The position numbers and the translations under genes are program-made. The notes under the pieces are model-generated. The model was not told the DNA's origin. It ran no database searches and saw nothing but the letters and a program-made list of their open reading frames with translations. Shown here piece after piece: positions 9,969 through 18,320 of a DNA stretch of 64,000 bases. The DNA is from Thermodesulfobacteriota bacterium (GTDB lineage Bacteria > Desulfobacterota_D > UBA1144 > Nemesobacterales > Nemesobacteraceae): assembly GCA_965202785.1 (NCBI GenBank), contig OZ241855.1, forward strand, positions 224,001-288,000, written 5' to 3'. The first letter of the stretch is position 1. Each line of letters opens with the position of its first letter.

Positions 9969-10020
9969 TTGACACGGTACTTTCTCATGTGGTAAGCTAA
10001 ATGATAATATTTCTCATTTA
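9969..10020 (+). promoter_or_regulatory. Sigma70-type promoter with overlapping Fur-family (Zur/Fur) box
   Basis: TTGACA (9969) - 18 nt - TAAGCT (9993) with extended-10 TG; palindrome TAAATGATAATATTTCTCATTTA at 9998-10020. Confidence 0.8.
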
Positions 10021-10029
10021 CCTATGCAG

Positions 10030-10314
10030 ATGAGCAGAACATTTTCCTTATCGCTTACAATCGCCTTTCTGGGAGCGCAGATGCTTTCTTTTGCCCATGC
10101 GGCCGAATACGGTTCCTGGGAACACGAGCATGAGGGAGTTTCCTGCGAAATCTGCCTGAGCGCCAAGTATCAGGACTTCTCAAGTCCCGGCGCCGCGAGC
10201 GGGCCCAGTGTTCTCCGCCACGCGGAATACGTCTCGCAGTCACCCACTGGCGCTACCATCGTTCGGGACGATTACGATGAGGGAATTACCCGCGGACCTC
10301 CCCTTTCCTCCTGA
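10030..10314 (+). CDS. Putative leader/arrest peptide, DUF2946/CruR-like (copy 1)
   Basis: 94 aa: hydrophobic N-terminus, HEH, CEIC, C-terminal RGPP; start set by homology with copy 2. Confidence 0.8.
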   Translation: MSRTFSLSLTIAFLGAQMLSFAHAAEYGSWEHEHEGVSCEICLSAKYQDFSSPGAASGPSVLRHAEYVSQSPTGATIVRDDYDEGITRGPPLSS

Positions 10315-10332
10315 GATGTAGACAGACTTTTT

Positions 10333-10371
10333 ATTCCCCGCGCATACGTGCGGGCAGCGGAATTTTCTTTT
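10333..10371 (+). terminator. Hairpin plus U-tract between leader ORF and downstream gene (possible attenuator), copy 1
   Basis: CCCGCGC-ATAC-GTGCGGG stem, extendable by ATTCC/GGAAT, followed by TTTTCTTTT; identical in copy 2. Confidence 0.55.
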
Positions 10372-10391
10372 AAAACTTTAAGGAGGAAAAA

Positions 10392-11885
10392 ATGAATATA
10401 TTGCGTTTCGCGGTAATAACTGCGTTTTTTGCCGTCTTGCCGTTTTCTCATATCCCCGCTTTCGCCGCTTCTGATCAGGAGATAGAAGCTTTAAAGAAGG
10501 AAATACAGGAAATGAGGTCAGAATATGAGAACCGGATTTTAAAGATGGAGGAAAAACTTGCCGAGATGAAGACTGCGGCAACCGTGGATAAAACGAAAAC
10601 GACTTACTCAAAGAGCAGAGACAGCGCCTACCCCGGCAGAGCCGTTTACAACAGCACCCTTAATCCTTCAATCGGAGCGGTACTGGGCGGAACCTTCGCC
10701 GCATTCTCTTCTGACGAGGGCGAGATTCCGGGGTTTGTCCTGGGACACGAAGGAGAACGGGGAGCGGAAGGAATTTCCCTCGGGGAAACCGAACTCAATT
10801 TCTCTACAAGCGTCGATGATAAATTTTACGGACACATAACCACGGCTCTTGCAGACCATGGAGACGGGGTTGAGATAGAGCTTGAGGAAGCGTACGTGGA
10901 AACCCTTCCAGGTTTCGGGCTTCCAACGGGAGCGACGATAAGGATGGGACGCGCGTTCTGGACTTTTGGATACCTGAACGAGCATCACGCCCACGCTGAC
11001 GATTTCGCCGATCGTTCCCTGCCTTACAGGGTGTACCTCGACAATGGCTTTAATGATACCGGAGTGCAGATTTCATACGTGCTTCCAACAGATTTCTATG
11101 TTGAGGCGGGAGGCGGTATTTTCCGCGGAGACGATTTCCCGTTTGCGGGAGCTGAGGGTAGCGACATAAACTCATTCAGCGCCTTCCTGCGGGTAGGCGG
11201 TGACATAGGAAATAATTCATCCTGGAGAATCGGAGGTTATTTCCTTGACGGAGAGGCAAGCGGTCGCGGCGGCGGACATGGACACGAAGACGAGCATGCC
11301 CATGAAGAAAACGGCCATGATGATGACCACATGGATGAACACATGGATGAACACGATGATGACCACATGGATGAACACGCGGATGAACACGATGATGACC
11401 ACATGGATGAACATGGACATGAGGAGTTCTTCAGCGCCGGCATGTTTACGGGCGACACGAGGCTTTACTCGGTTGATTTTCGCTACGTTTGGGCCCCCAC
11501 CGGAAACATCCGCCAAAAAGAGGTGCTTCTCCAAGGTGAGTATTTCTGGCGTGACGAAGAAGGCTACTACACTCTTGAGGAAGGAGGCGAGGTCCACGAA
11601 GAGCACCTCGACGGAGGAAGCCACGGCTGGTACGCGCAGGGGGTTTTCAAGTTCTCGCCGAAATGGAGAATCGGAGCCCGCTATTCCCAGATATACTCTC
11701 CCGAGGATTCAGGGATAGATCACGATCCCTACGCGGTAGCGGTCATGGGCGACTGGTCAAACAGCGAGTTCTCGCGCTTACGCCTTCAGTACAACTATGA
11801 AAAACTGGGAGAGGACCTGAGCGACAACCAGATCCTGCTCCAGTACATAATGAGCATAGGCGCACACGCCGCGCATAAATACTAA
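10392..11885 (+). CDS. His-rich outer-membrane beta-barrel protein, putative metal (Zn)-regulated porin/receptor
   Basis: Signal peptide, coiled coil, LEEAY, FGYLNEHHAHADDF, SEFSRLRLQY, C-terminal GAHAAHKY, internal His/Asp loop. Confidence 0.8.
   Translation: MNILRFAVITAFFAVLPFSHIPAFAASDQEIEALKKEIQEMRSEYENRILKMEEKLAEMKTAATVDKTKTTYSKSRDSAYPGRAVYNSTLNPSIGAVLGGTFAAFSSDEGEIPGFVLGHEGERGAEGISLGETELNFSTSVDDKFYGHITTALADHGDGVEIELEEAYVETLPGFGLPTGATIRMGRAFWTFGYLNEHHAHADDFADRSLPYRVYLDNGFNDTGVQISYVLPTDFYVEAGGGIFRGDDFPFAGAEGSDINSFSAFLRVGGDIGNNSSWRIGGYFLDGEASGRGGGHGHEDEHAHEENGHDDDHMDEHMDEHDDDHMDEHADEHDDDHMDEHGHEEFFSAGMFTGDTRLYSVDFRYVWAPTGNIRQKEVLLQGEYFWRDEEGYYTLEEGGEVHEEHLDGGSHGWYAQGVFKFSPKWRIGARYSQIYSPEDSGIDHDPYAVAVMGDWSNSEFSRLRLQYNYEKLGEDLSDNQILLQYIMSIGAHAAHKY
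11316..11411 (+). repeat. Eight tandem 12-bp units encoding HDDD/HMDE/HADE
   Basis: CACATGGATGAA and CAYGATGATGAC units arranged in a 36-bp higher-order pattern. Confidence 0.9.
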
Positions 11886-11889
11886 GAGC

Positions 11890-11920
11890 AACCGTAGCGT
11901 GAAACGCTACCTGGTTTTTC
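11890..11920 (+). terminator. Intrinsic terminator after the porin gene
   Basis: GTAGCGT-GAA-ACGCTAC hairpin followed by CTGGTTTTT; a second GC-rich hairpin GCCGGGGCCGC/GCGGCCCCGGC lies at 11934-11960. Confidence 0.65.
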
Positions 11921-12021
11921 TCTCCATCCTCCTGCCGGGGCCGCTTTTCGCGGCCCCGGCATATTTTTTGGCAACTGCCCCAAGGAATCGGTGGAACTGA
12001 CGGCCCGAAGTACATACATCA

Positions 12022-12073
12022 TTGACACCGTACTTTCTCGTGTGGTAGGCTAAATGATAATATTTCTCATTTA
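12022..12073 (+). promoter_or_regulatory. Sigma70-type promoter with Fur-family (Zur/Fur) box, copy 2
   Basis: TTGACA (12022) - 18 nt - TAGGCT (12046); identical 23-bp box at 12051-12073. Confidence 0.8.
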
Positions 12074-12082
12074 CCCATACAG

Positions 12083-12367
12083 ATGAACAAAACATTTTCC
12101 TTATTGCTTACAATCGCCTTTCTGGGGGCGCAGATGCTTTCCTTTGCCCATGCGGCCGAGTGCGGTTCCCGGGAGCATAAGCATGAGGGCACTGAATGCG
12201 AGATATGCCTGAACGCCAAGTATCAGGACTATACAGATCCCGGCGCCACGAGTGAAGTCCGTGTTCTTCACCGCGCACAGAACGTCCCGCAGCCACTCGC
12301 TGACGTTATCGTCGTTCGGGACACTTGCGAAGCGGGAATTACCCGCGGACCTCCCGTCTCTTCCTGA
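12083..12367 (+). CDS. Putative leader/arrest peptide, DUF2946/CruR-like (copy 2)
   Basis: 94 aa: hydrophobic N-terminus, HKH, CEIC, C-terminal RGPP with the same spacing as copy 1. Confidence 0.8.
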   Translation: MNKTFSLLLTIAFLGAQMLSFAHAAECGSREHKHEGTECEICLNAKYQDYTDPGATSEVRVLHRAQNVPQPLADVIVVRDTCEAGITRGPPVSS

Positions 12368-12443
12368 GCCGTAAACAGACTTTTTATTCCCCGCGCATAC
12401 GTGCGGGCAGCGGAATTTTCTTTTAAAACTTAAGGAGGAAAAA

Positions 12444-13355
12444 ATGAATATATTGCGTTTCGCGGTAATAACTGCGTTTTTTGCCGTCTTGCCGTTTTCT
12501 CATATCTCCGCTTTCGCCGCTTCTTATCAGAAGGTAAAAGTATTTGCCTGCGAACCGGAATGGGCGGCACTGGCCCAAGAAATCGGCGGTGACAAGGTGG
12601 AAGCGTTTTCAGCCACCTCGGCCACACAGAATCCACACTACATAAGGGCACGCCCAAGCCTGATATCCAAAGTGCGCAAAGCCGATCTGCTGATCTGCTC
12701 GGGCGCAAGTCTTGAGGTAGGCTGGCTTCCGGTTCTGCTTAAGAAGGCAAGTTCTGATCTCCAGCCCGGCTCCCCCGGTTACCTTATGGCTTCAAATCTG
12801 CTCACCATGCTCGAAGTACCGGTTGTGGTCGACCGCAGCATGGGAGATATACATCCGGAAGGCAATCCCCACGTGCACCTGAATCCGTACAACCTGATAA
12901 TTGTAGGCGAAGTGCTTGCCGATCGCCTTTCGGAAATCGACCCTGGGACCGCCTCTTTTTACAAAAACCGATTCCGGGATTTTTCATCACGCATGCAAAA
13001 GGCCATCTCCCGGTGGGAATCCGAGGCCGCCGAGCTTAAAGGAAAGCCGGTGGTGGTTCATCACAAATCGTTTAGTTATCTGATTGACTGGCTCGGAATG
13101 AAAGGAGTGGGGGCGCTTGAACCGAAACCCGGAATTCCCCCCACAGCTTCTCACCTGAAGAATCTGCTGCTGCAGTTAAGAAACAGCCCGGCGGATGTGA
13201 TTATCCGTACCCCTTACGATCCGGGTGACGCGAGTGAATGGTTCTCGGAGAAAACCGGGGCAAGGGCAGTCGTGCTTCCTTACACCGTTGGCGGTGACAG
13301 CCAGAGCGGCGACCTGTTCGCGCTGTTTGACAGGACTATAGCTTTGTTAAAATAG
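12444..13355 (+). CDS. Metal ABC transporter substrate-binding protein, ZnuA/TroA family
   Basis: QNPHYIRARPS, GASLEVGWL, GDIHPEGNPHVHLNP, EPKPGIPPT. Confidence 0.9.
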   Translation: MNILRFAVITAFFAVLPFSHISAFAASYQKVKVFACEPEWAALAQEIGGDKVEAFSATSATQNPHYIRARPSLISKVRKADLLICSGASLEVGWLPVLLKKASSDLQPGSPGYLMASNLLTMLEVPVVVDRSMGDIHPEGNPHVHLNPYNLIIVGEVLADRLSEIDPGTASFYKNRFRDFSSRMQKAISRWESEAAELKGKPVVVHHKSFSYLIDWLGMKGVGALEPKPGIPPTASHLKNLLLQLRNSPADVIIRTPYDPGDASEWFSEKTGARAVVLPYTVGGDSQSGDLFALFDRTIALLK

Positions 13356-13359
13356 ACAT

Positions 13360-14124
13360 ATGATGTTGAGTGGTGAACTTCTGGAAATCATCGGGCCGGC
13401 AGTGGCTGCCGGCCTCATGATTGCGCTTACCCACGCTCCCTTGGGCATCGAGGTGCTGCGCCGCGGCATCATCTTTATTGATCTTGCGGTGGCGCAGATT
13501 GCGGGACTCGGGCTTGTGGCCGGCAACATGTTTATCCATGACCCGTCTCCGTGGCTGATCCAGTTAATGGCTCTTGGCTGCGCGGTCGCGGCAGGGCTGT
13601 TTTTCCGCAAGGTGGAAACGGCGATGCCCGAGCGACAGGAAGCGGTCATAGGGTGCACTTTCGTACTTGCCGCATCGCTGGCGCTTCTGCTGCTGGCCGA
13701 TCACCCCCACGGCGGAGAAGAGGTAAAACACCTGCTTTCGGGACAGATGCTGTTTGTGACATGGACAGACGTGGCGAAACACTCGCCCATTTACGCGTTG
13801 ATACTGCTGGCTTGGTTCTTCAGGCCCGAGGTGCGGAACAACGTTGGATTTTACCTGCTCTTCGCCCTTGCCATCACTTCGTCGGTTCAGCTGGTCGGCG
13901 TCTATGTAGTCTTTGCGAGCCTCATACTTCCGGCTCTGGCCGCCGTACGCGTAAGAAAGCCTCATCTTGTCGCATGGCTCTGCGGGGTGGTGGCGCTTCT
14001 GTCAGGCATCGCCTTCGCCGTAGCGTTCGATATGCCTGCCGGACCGATTATTATCCTGTCATATACCGCGACGGCCCTGATCATACGAGGGGTCAGGATG
14101 GCAAACCGGGATCATAAAATTTAA
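13360..14124 (+). CDS. Metal ABC transporter permease, ZnuB-like
   Basis: Highly hydrophobic; RRGIIFIDLAVAQIA and GVYVVFASLILPA; follows the binding-protein gene. Confidence 0.88.
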   Translation: MMLSGELLEIIGPAVAAGLMIALTHAPLGIEVLRRGIIFIDLAVAQIAGLGLVAGNMFIHDPSPWLIQLMALGCAVAAGLFFRKVETAMPERQEAVIGCTFVLAASLALLLLADHPHGGEEVKHLLSGQMLFVTWTDVAKHSPIYALILLAWFFRPEVRNNVGFYLLFALAITSSVQLVGVYVVFASLILPALAAVRVRKPHLVAWLCGVVALLSGIAFAVAFDMPAGPIIILSYTATALIIRGVRMANRDHKI

Positions 14125-14189
14125 GAAGGGTTTATTGTGCGCGCCCCAGTGAGCAATTTACGAATCAACACAATGCTCTATATCAGGAA

Positions 14190-14204
14190 TGTTTCAATGA
14201 AACA
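14190..14204 (+). promoter_or_regulatory. Perfect 7-1-7 inverted repeat, Zur-box-like operator
   Basis: TGTTTCA-A-TGAAACA about 50 bp upstream of the oxidoreductase start. Confidence 0.55.
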
Positions 14205-14254
14205 ATTATCGTTAAATAAATCCTTTCGACATGAAACGTCAGGAGGTCAGAGAG

Positions 14255-15373
14255 ATGAGACAATTTGATGTTGTTATTGTTGGAGCCGGTCCGGCAGGGA
14301 TAGGGATTGCCGCTATGCTTAAGGATCTGGGTATAAAGCGAATGATTGTTCTTGAGAGAGAAAAAGTCGGCGCGACTTTCGATAAATGGCCGAAGGAAAT
14401 GCAACTCCTAACCCCTTCATTTACAACTAACTTTTATGGTCATCTTGACCTTAATGCGGTTATATCCGGGACCTCGCCAGCATATATGCTTCGAAAGGAA
14501 CACCCTACCGGCAAGGAGTATGCCCGGTATTTAAGAGAGATATCAGAATATTTTGATTTGCCAGTTGTTGAACATACAAATGTAGAGAAGGTGCTTTATT
14601 CTGAAGGCTCTTTTAAGGTTCATATTACTGGAGGAAAGCCGATAGAGTCTCGCTTTTTGATTTGGGCGGGCGGAGAATTTCAGTACCCGAATACAAATCC
14701 TTTTTCAGGTGCTGAGTTGTGTTTGCATAACAGCCGAGTGAAAAGCTGGGAACACGTTAAAGGCGATGAAATTTATATTATCGGCGGTTATGAGAGCGGA
14801 ATTGATGCAGCCATCCATTTGAGTCGACTGGGCAAAAAGGTTCATGTATTAGACCGCGATGCGCGTTGGAGCAAAGAAACAACTGACCCAAGTGAAAACT
14901 TATCGCCTTTTACGTTGGAGAGGTTGAGGCAGGAAATAATTTATAACAGGATTGAGCTTGTTGGTAAATCCATGGTCAGGGAGATAAGGCTGGAGCAGGA
15001 CAAGTATTTGATTTATGTCAGAGGCAAATCATCACCTTATCAAAGCGCCACACCACCCATTTTGGCAACAGGATTTAAAAGCAGCCTGGTCGTCATTAAA
15101 GAGTTGTTTGATTGGGAGAAGAATAAAGACTACTGTTTGCTGAATGAGCAGGATGAATCAACCAAAACTTCTGGATTGTTTCTCGTTGGTCCACAAGTTC
15201 GCCATGATGATCTTATTTTCTGTTTTATTTATAAATATCGGCAGAGGTTTGGTGTTGTCGCTAATGCAATTGGAGAGCGATTGGGCATGGATACAACGCT
15301 GCTTGAGACATATCGCAATGAAGGCCTCTACCTGGATGATTTGAGCTGCTGCGGAGAGGAGTGTGTTTGCTGA
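14255..15373 (+). CDS. FAD/NAD(P)-dependent oxidoreductase with Cys-rich C-terminal tail
   Basis: GAGPAG, IIGGYESG, LATGF; ends DDLSCCGEECVC; RBS AGGAGG at 14241 favours ATG 14255. Confidence 0.85.
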   Translation: MRQFDVVIVGAGPAGIGIAAMLKDLGIKRMIVLEREKVGATFDKWPKEMQLLTPSFTTNFYGHLDLNAVISGTSPAYMLRKEHPTGKEYARYLREISEYFDLPVVEHTNVEKVLYSEGSFKVHITGGKPIESRFLIWAGGEFQYPNTNPFSGAELCLHNSRVKSWEHVKGDEIYIIGGYESGIDAAIHLSRLGKKVHVLDRDARWSKETTDPSENLSPFTLERLRQEIIYNRIELVGKSMVREIRLEQDKYLIYVRGKSSPYQSATPPILATGFKSSLVVIKELFDWEKNKDYCLLNEQDESTKTSGLFLVGPQVRHDDLIFCFIYKYRQRFGVVANAIGERLGMDTTLLETYRNEGLYLDDLSCCGEECVC

Positions 15374-15591
15374 TGCAAGAAGAACTAGTTCAGAAAGAAA
15401 TTAAGACCAATATAAGCATACAATGGTTATGCCAATTGATCGCCAGTTTGTCCTGGTTCACTTCCGTTATTGTTTACGGATCATTTGAACTGGGTGATTG
15501 CCTGCAATTGTTAGCTGCATCCGCGTGGACCGTATCTAATATTGTGAATTATTTTACTAACAAAAATCATGTCATAAGCCAAAGCATGTGA
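15373..15591 (+). CDS. Small membrane protein
   Basis: TGATG coupling to the upstream gene; two hydrophobic helices. Confidence 0.65.
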   Translation: MQEELVQKEIKTNISIQWLCQLIASLSWFTSVIVYGSFELGDCLQLLAASAWTVSNIVNYFTNKNHVISQSM

Positions 15592-15791
15592 CGGTGGAAG
15601 TAGAAAGCCAGTGTCAGCAGAAGTGGCTTCTGGCGCATACGATGCCCTTAAGTTTGGAACTCCTGAACAAAGATGCCGGTTGATGAACTTTGTATTTTCG
15701 AACCTGGAGCTAAAGAGATTAACCCTTTGTTATACCTCGCCCCTTGAAAAAACTGTTTGATAGGTTCGTAAATGCGTCTAATATTGAAGAA

Positions 15792-15868
15792 TGGCGCGCC
15801 CGGAGGGATTCGAACCCCCAACCTCTTGATCCGTAGTCAAGCGCTCTGTCCAGTTGGGCTACGGGCGC
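15792..15868 (-). tRNA. tRNA-Arg(ACG)
   Basis: GCGCCCGTAGCCCAACTGGACAGAGCGCTTGACT-ACG-GATCAAG...GGTTCGAATCC...GCCA. Confidence 0.97.
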
Positions 15869-15998
15869 GGAAAAGTAACGCTTCCTAATGGTTCCTGAGC
15901 CGAGTGGAGCAGTCAAACCAAAAAAAGGCAGGAACGATTAACAATACGAATTTCTGTATTATAATAGTCGTTCTGAATTTTATTCTGGGAAAAACTAA

Positions 15999-16619
15999 AT
16001 GGAAGAGCTTGAATCGCTTCTTGACATCGAAGTCGAAACCTATCTTCGCAGGGTGAAAGACAAAGAGGAGATAAAGGATCTTGTTTCAGGGAACCTCTCC
16101 CGGGAAACCTATGCAAGATTCCTGTTCACTTTTTATATAATCGAATTTCTGAGTCAGAGAGCCGTTAACATGGCAAGCATAAACACTAAAGACTCCGATC
16201 CCTACCTGAGCAAAAGGTTTCATTCCTGCGCACAGGGAGAACTCGGGCATGCAGAGATTGCCCTTCGTGATCTAAAGGATCTCGGAGAGAAGGAGATCAA
16301 TCCTTTCTGCCTAGAGATCGTAAGGGAATACGACGAGTTCCTCCAGAACGCCGCCGAGCAGTTTCCTCTCGCGATACTCGGACATTCCTATCTGTTTGAA
16401 AACGTATCGGGGCTTCTTTTCCCCGAGTTAGAAACAGTTCCCGATCCCTCAACATTCATAGAGGTTCACGCCAAGGAAGATCCCGCGCACTCTCTGGCGA
16501 TAAAGAAAACGGTAAGAAGAATCGAAAAAGATCTCGGCAAAGAAAAGATCGAAAAAATAGTCCAGTTCAGCAGGGAAAGCGGAGACTACCTGATGCGGCT
16601 ATTTGACTCCCTTGCTTAA
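15999..16619 (+). CDS. Haem-oxygenase-like (TenA/PqqC/CADD fold) putative di-iron redox enzyme
   Basis: Helical-looking sequence with E...ELGH...YLFE...HAKEDPAH ligand pattern. Confidence 0.65.
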   Translation: MEELESLLDIEVETYLRRVKDKEEIKDLVSGNLSRETYARFLFTFYIIEFLSQRAVNMASINTKDSDPYLSKRFHSCAQGELGHAEIALRDLKDLGEKEINPFCLEIVREYDEFLQNAAEQFPLAILGHSYLFENVSGLLFPELETVPDPSTFIEVHAKEDPAHSLAIKKTVRRIEKDLGKEKIEKIVQFSRESGDYLMRLFDSLA

Positions 16620-17195
16620 GCCCAGGATCTCTTCGTAGCGAAAACACGAGACCAGGTGATCGTTCACCACCCCCGTCGCCTGAAGATGGGCGTAGACGAT
16701 AGTGGGACCCATGAAGCGGAAGCCCCTTTTCTTAAGGTCGCGACTGACCGTCACTGAAAGTTCCGTCGAGGCCGGTATTTCCGATAGTTCCTCCCAGGCG
16801 TTAGTAACCGGGACTCCGCCGGTAAATCCCCACAGATAATCGGAGAAGCTTCCGAACTCATCCCGTATTTCAAGGAACCGCACGGCGTTATTTATCGAAG
16901 CCTCTATTTTCTTTCGGTTGCGTATTATTCCGCTGTCCGACATGAGCTCCTGTATCTTCTCCTCTCGGTAGCGGGCGACTTTTTCCGGATCGAACCCGTC
17001 GTAAAGACGCCTGTAGTTCTCCCTTTTTCGAAGAACCGTAAGCCAGCTGAGGCCCGCCTGGGCGGATTCTAGGACCAGAAACTCAAACTGCTTTTCGTCG
17101 GAGAAAACGGGAACTCCCCACTCCTTGTCGTGGTAATCCCTCTCAAGGTCGCTTCGCTCGCACCATGGACATCTTCGCATCTTATCTCTCCCCAC
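16599..17195 (-). CDS. tag: DNA-3-methyladenine glycosylase I
   Basis: RCPW, YHDKEWG, LESAQAGLSW, GIIRNRKKI, NDHLVSC. Confidence 0.95.
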   Translation of the reverse strand: MGRDKMRRCPWCERSDLERDYHDKEWGVPVFSDEKQFEFLVLESAQAGLSWLTVLRKRENYRRLYDGFDPEKVARYREEKIQELMSDSGIIRNRKKIEASINNAVRFLEIRDEFGSFSDYLWGFTGGVPVTNAWEELSEIPASTELSVTVSRDLKKRGFRFMGPTIVYAHLQATGVVNDHLVSCFRYEEILGLSKGVK

Positions 17196-17198
17196 GGT

Positions 17199-18203
17199 TC
17201 AAAGAAAGGCGTTATAGAGAAACCCGAAAAAAAGCACCTGAGGGACGGCCACTACGGGAAGGAGCAAGGCCGTCTTTCTGCCTATGTTAGTCCAGAGAAG
17301 ACCGATCTCCGTATAGTCGGTCACAACTCCCGCCATCAGAAAGACGAACGGGTTTCCAAATGCCTGGACCTTGTCGTAGATCTCAAACGCAACAACCGAA
17401 CTTCCCTCGCTGCAGACCTCAATCACGGTAGCTCCCACTAGGGTGAGCAAAAGACCGCCTGTGTCCGGACCAAGATACTGCATAAAAAATTCTCCGGGCA
17501 CGTATACGTCTATCAGGACCGCCGCGATAAGGCCGACTATAAGCCACCAGAGAACCATGTTGGAAAGGTCGAGACTTCCCCTCAAGACCCCCGTGACGCT
17601 TTCCCGGAGGGAAAAGTTCCTTATCCTCTCCCACTCGTATCCTTCCTCCATGTCCCCGAGATAGCTTTTCTCCAGGTAACCGCCCCGTTCAAGCATCCTG
17701 AAGATAAAGCCCGTGACAATCGCTATGAACCCGGCCGTGACTATGAACAGCACGCCCTTCCACCCGAAAAAGCTTATGAGAAGAATGGTTACGGGGAAGT
17801 TCGCCCATGGAGAAGCGAGAAGAAAGGTTATAACCGCCGGGATGCCCGCCCCTTTTCTGTAGATCTGAATCGCTATTGCAAGTATTCCATGGGAACAGGA
17901 GGACATGAGAAACCCCCCGGCAAGAGCATAGAAAAGAGATGAATTCCCCGTTGCGCCAAGGTACCTGTATATAAACCCTTGGGGAACAAAGTAATCTACG
18001 GCCCCGCCGAGAAGAAAACCCACAATAAGCGGGACGGCGAGCAGCTTCAGATAACCCAAGAGGGAAGCATTAAGGGCCGAAAGCGCCGGCAGGAAAGAAA
18101 CGGCTACCAGGCACAGAAGCAACGCAAGAGAGATTTTAAGGTTCCGGCTGACTCTGAGAGGTTCGCCGGGCGGCGTAGTGTGGCAGCAGGAAGCCTCATT
18201 CAT
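17199..18203 (-). CDS. Predicted permease, DUF318/ArsP-like
   Basis: Polytopic membrane protein with duplicated SCSHG / VCSEG motifs and FLLASP. Confidence 0.8.
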   Translation of the reverse strand: MNEASCCHTTPPGEPLRVSRNLKISLALLLCLVAVSFLPALSALNASLLGYLKLLAVPLIVGFLLGGAVDYFVPQGFIYRYLGATGNSSLFYALAGGFLMSSCSHGILAIAIQIYRKGAGIPAVITFLLASPWANFPVTILLISFFGWKGVLFIVTAGFIAIVTGFIFRMLERGGYLEKSYLGDMEEGYEWERIRNFSLRESVTGVLRGSLDLSNMVLWWLIVGLIAAVLIDVYVPGEFFMQYLGPDTGGLLLTLVGATVIEVCSEGSSVVAFEIYDKVQAFGNPFVFLMAGVVTDYTEIGLLWTNIGRKTALLLPVVAVPQVLFFGFLYNAFL

Positions 18204-18320
18204 CTTACTAATGTAACATAATTCGAAGTCCCGGCCGAACGCCCCGCGCTCTTTGCCATAGCGGAACGAAGAAAAAGCTTTTTCGTTTGTCCGCTCTTTT
18301 TTCTAGGGTAAAATCCTTGC

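Larger units (their letters stand above)
9953..10478 (+). repeat. Duplicated regulatory module, copy 1 (promoter, box, leader ORF, hairpin, RBS, signal peptide)
   Basis: Aligns by eye with 12001-12530; both ends nearly identical, middle of the leader ORF diverged. Confidence 0.95.
12001..12530 (+). repeat. Duplicated regulatory module, copy 2
   Basis: Direct repeat of 9953-10478, offset about 2052 bp. Confidence 0.95.

Noticed and set aside
11316-11411. CRISPR array
   Set aside because: In-frame 12-bp coding tandem repeat without spacers; no cas genes.
11217-11718. Met/Thr-rich and Ser-rich alternative-frame ORFs
   Set aside because: Shadows of the His-rich repeat in the porin gene.
14126-15799. 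att-site or terminal repeat for the AT-rich insert (GCGCGCCC shared with the tRNA-Arg 3' end; AAGGGTT/AACCCTT)
   Set aside because: Matches of only 7-8 bp, within chance.
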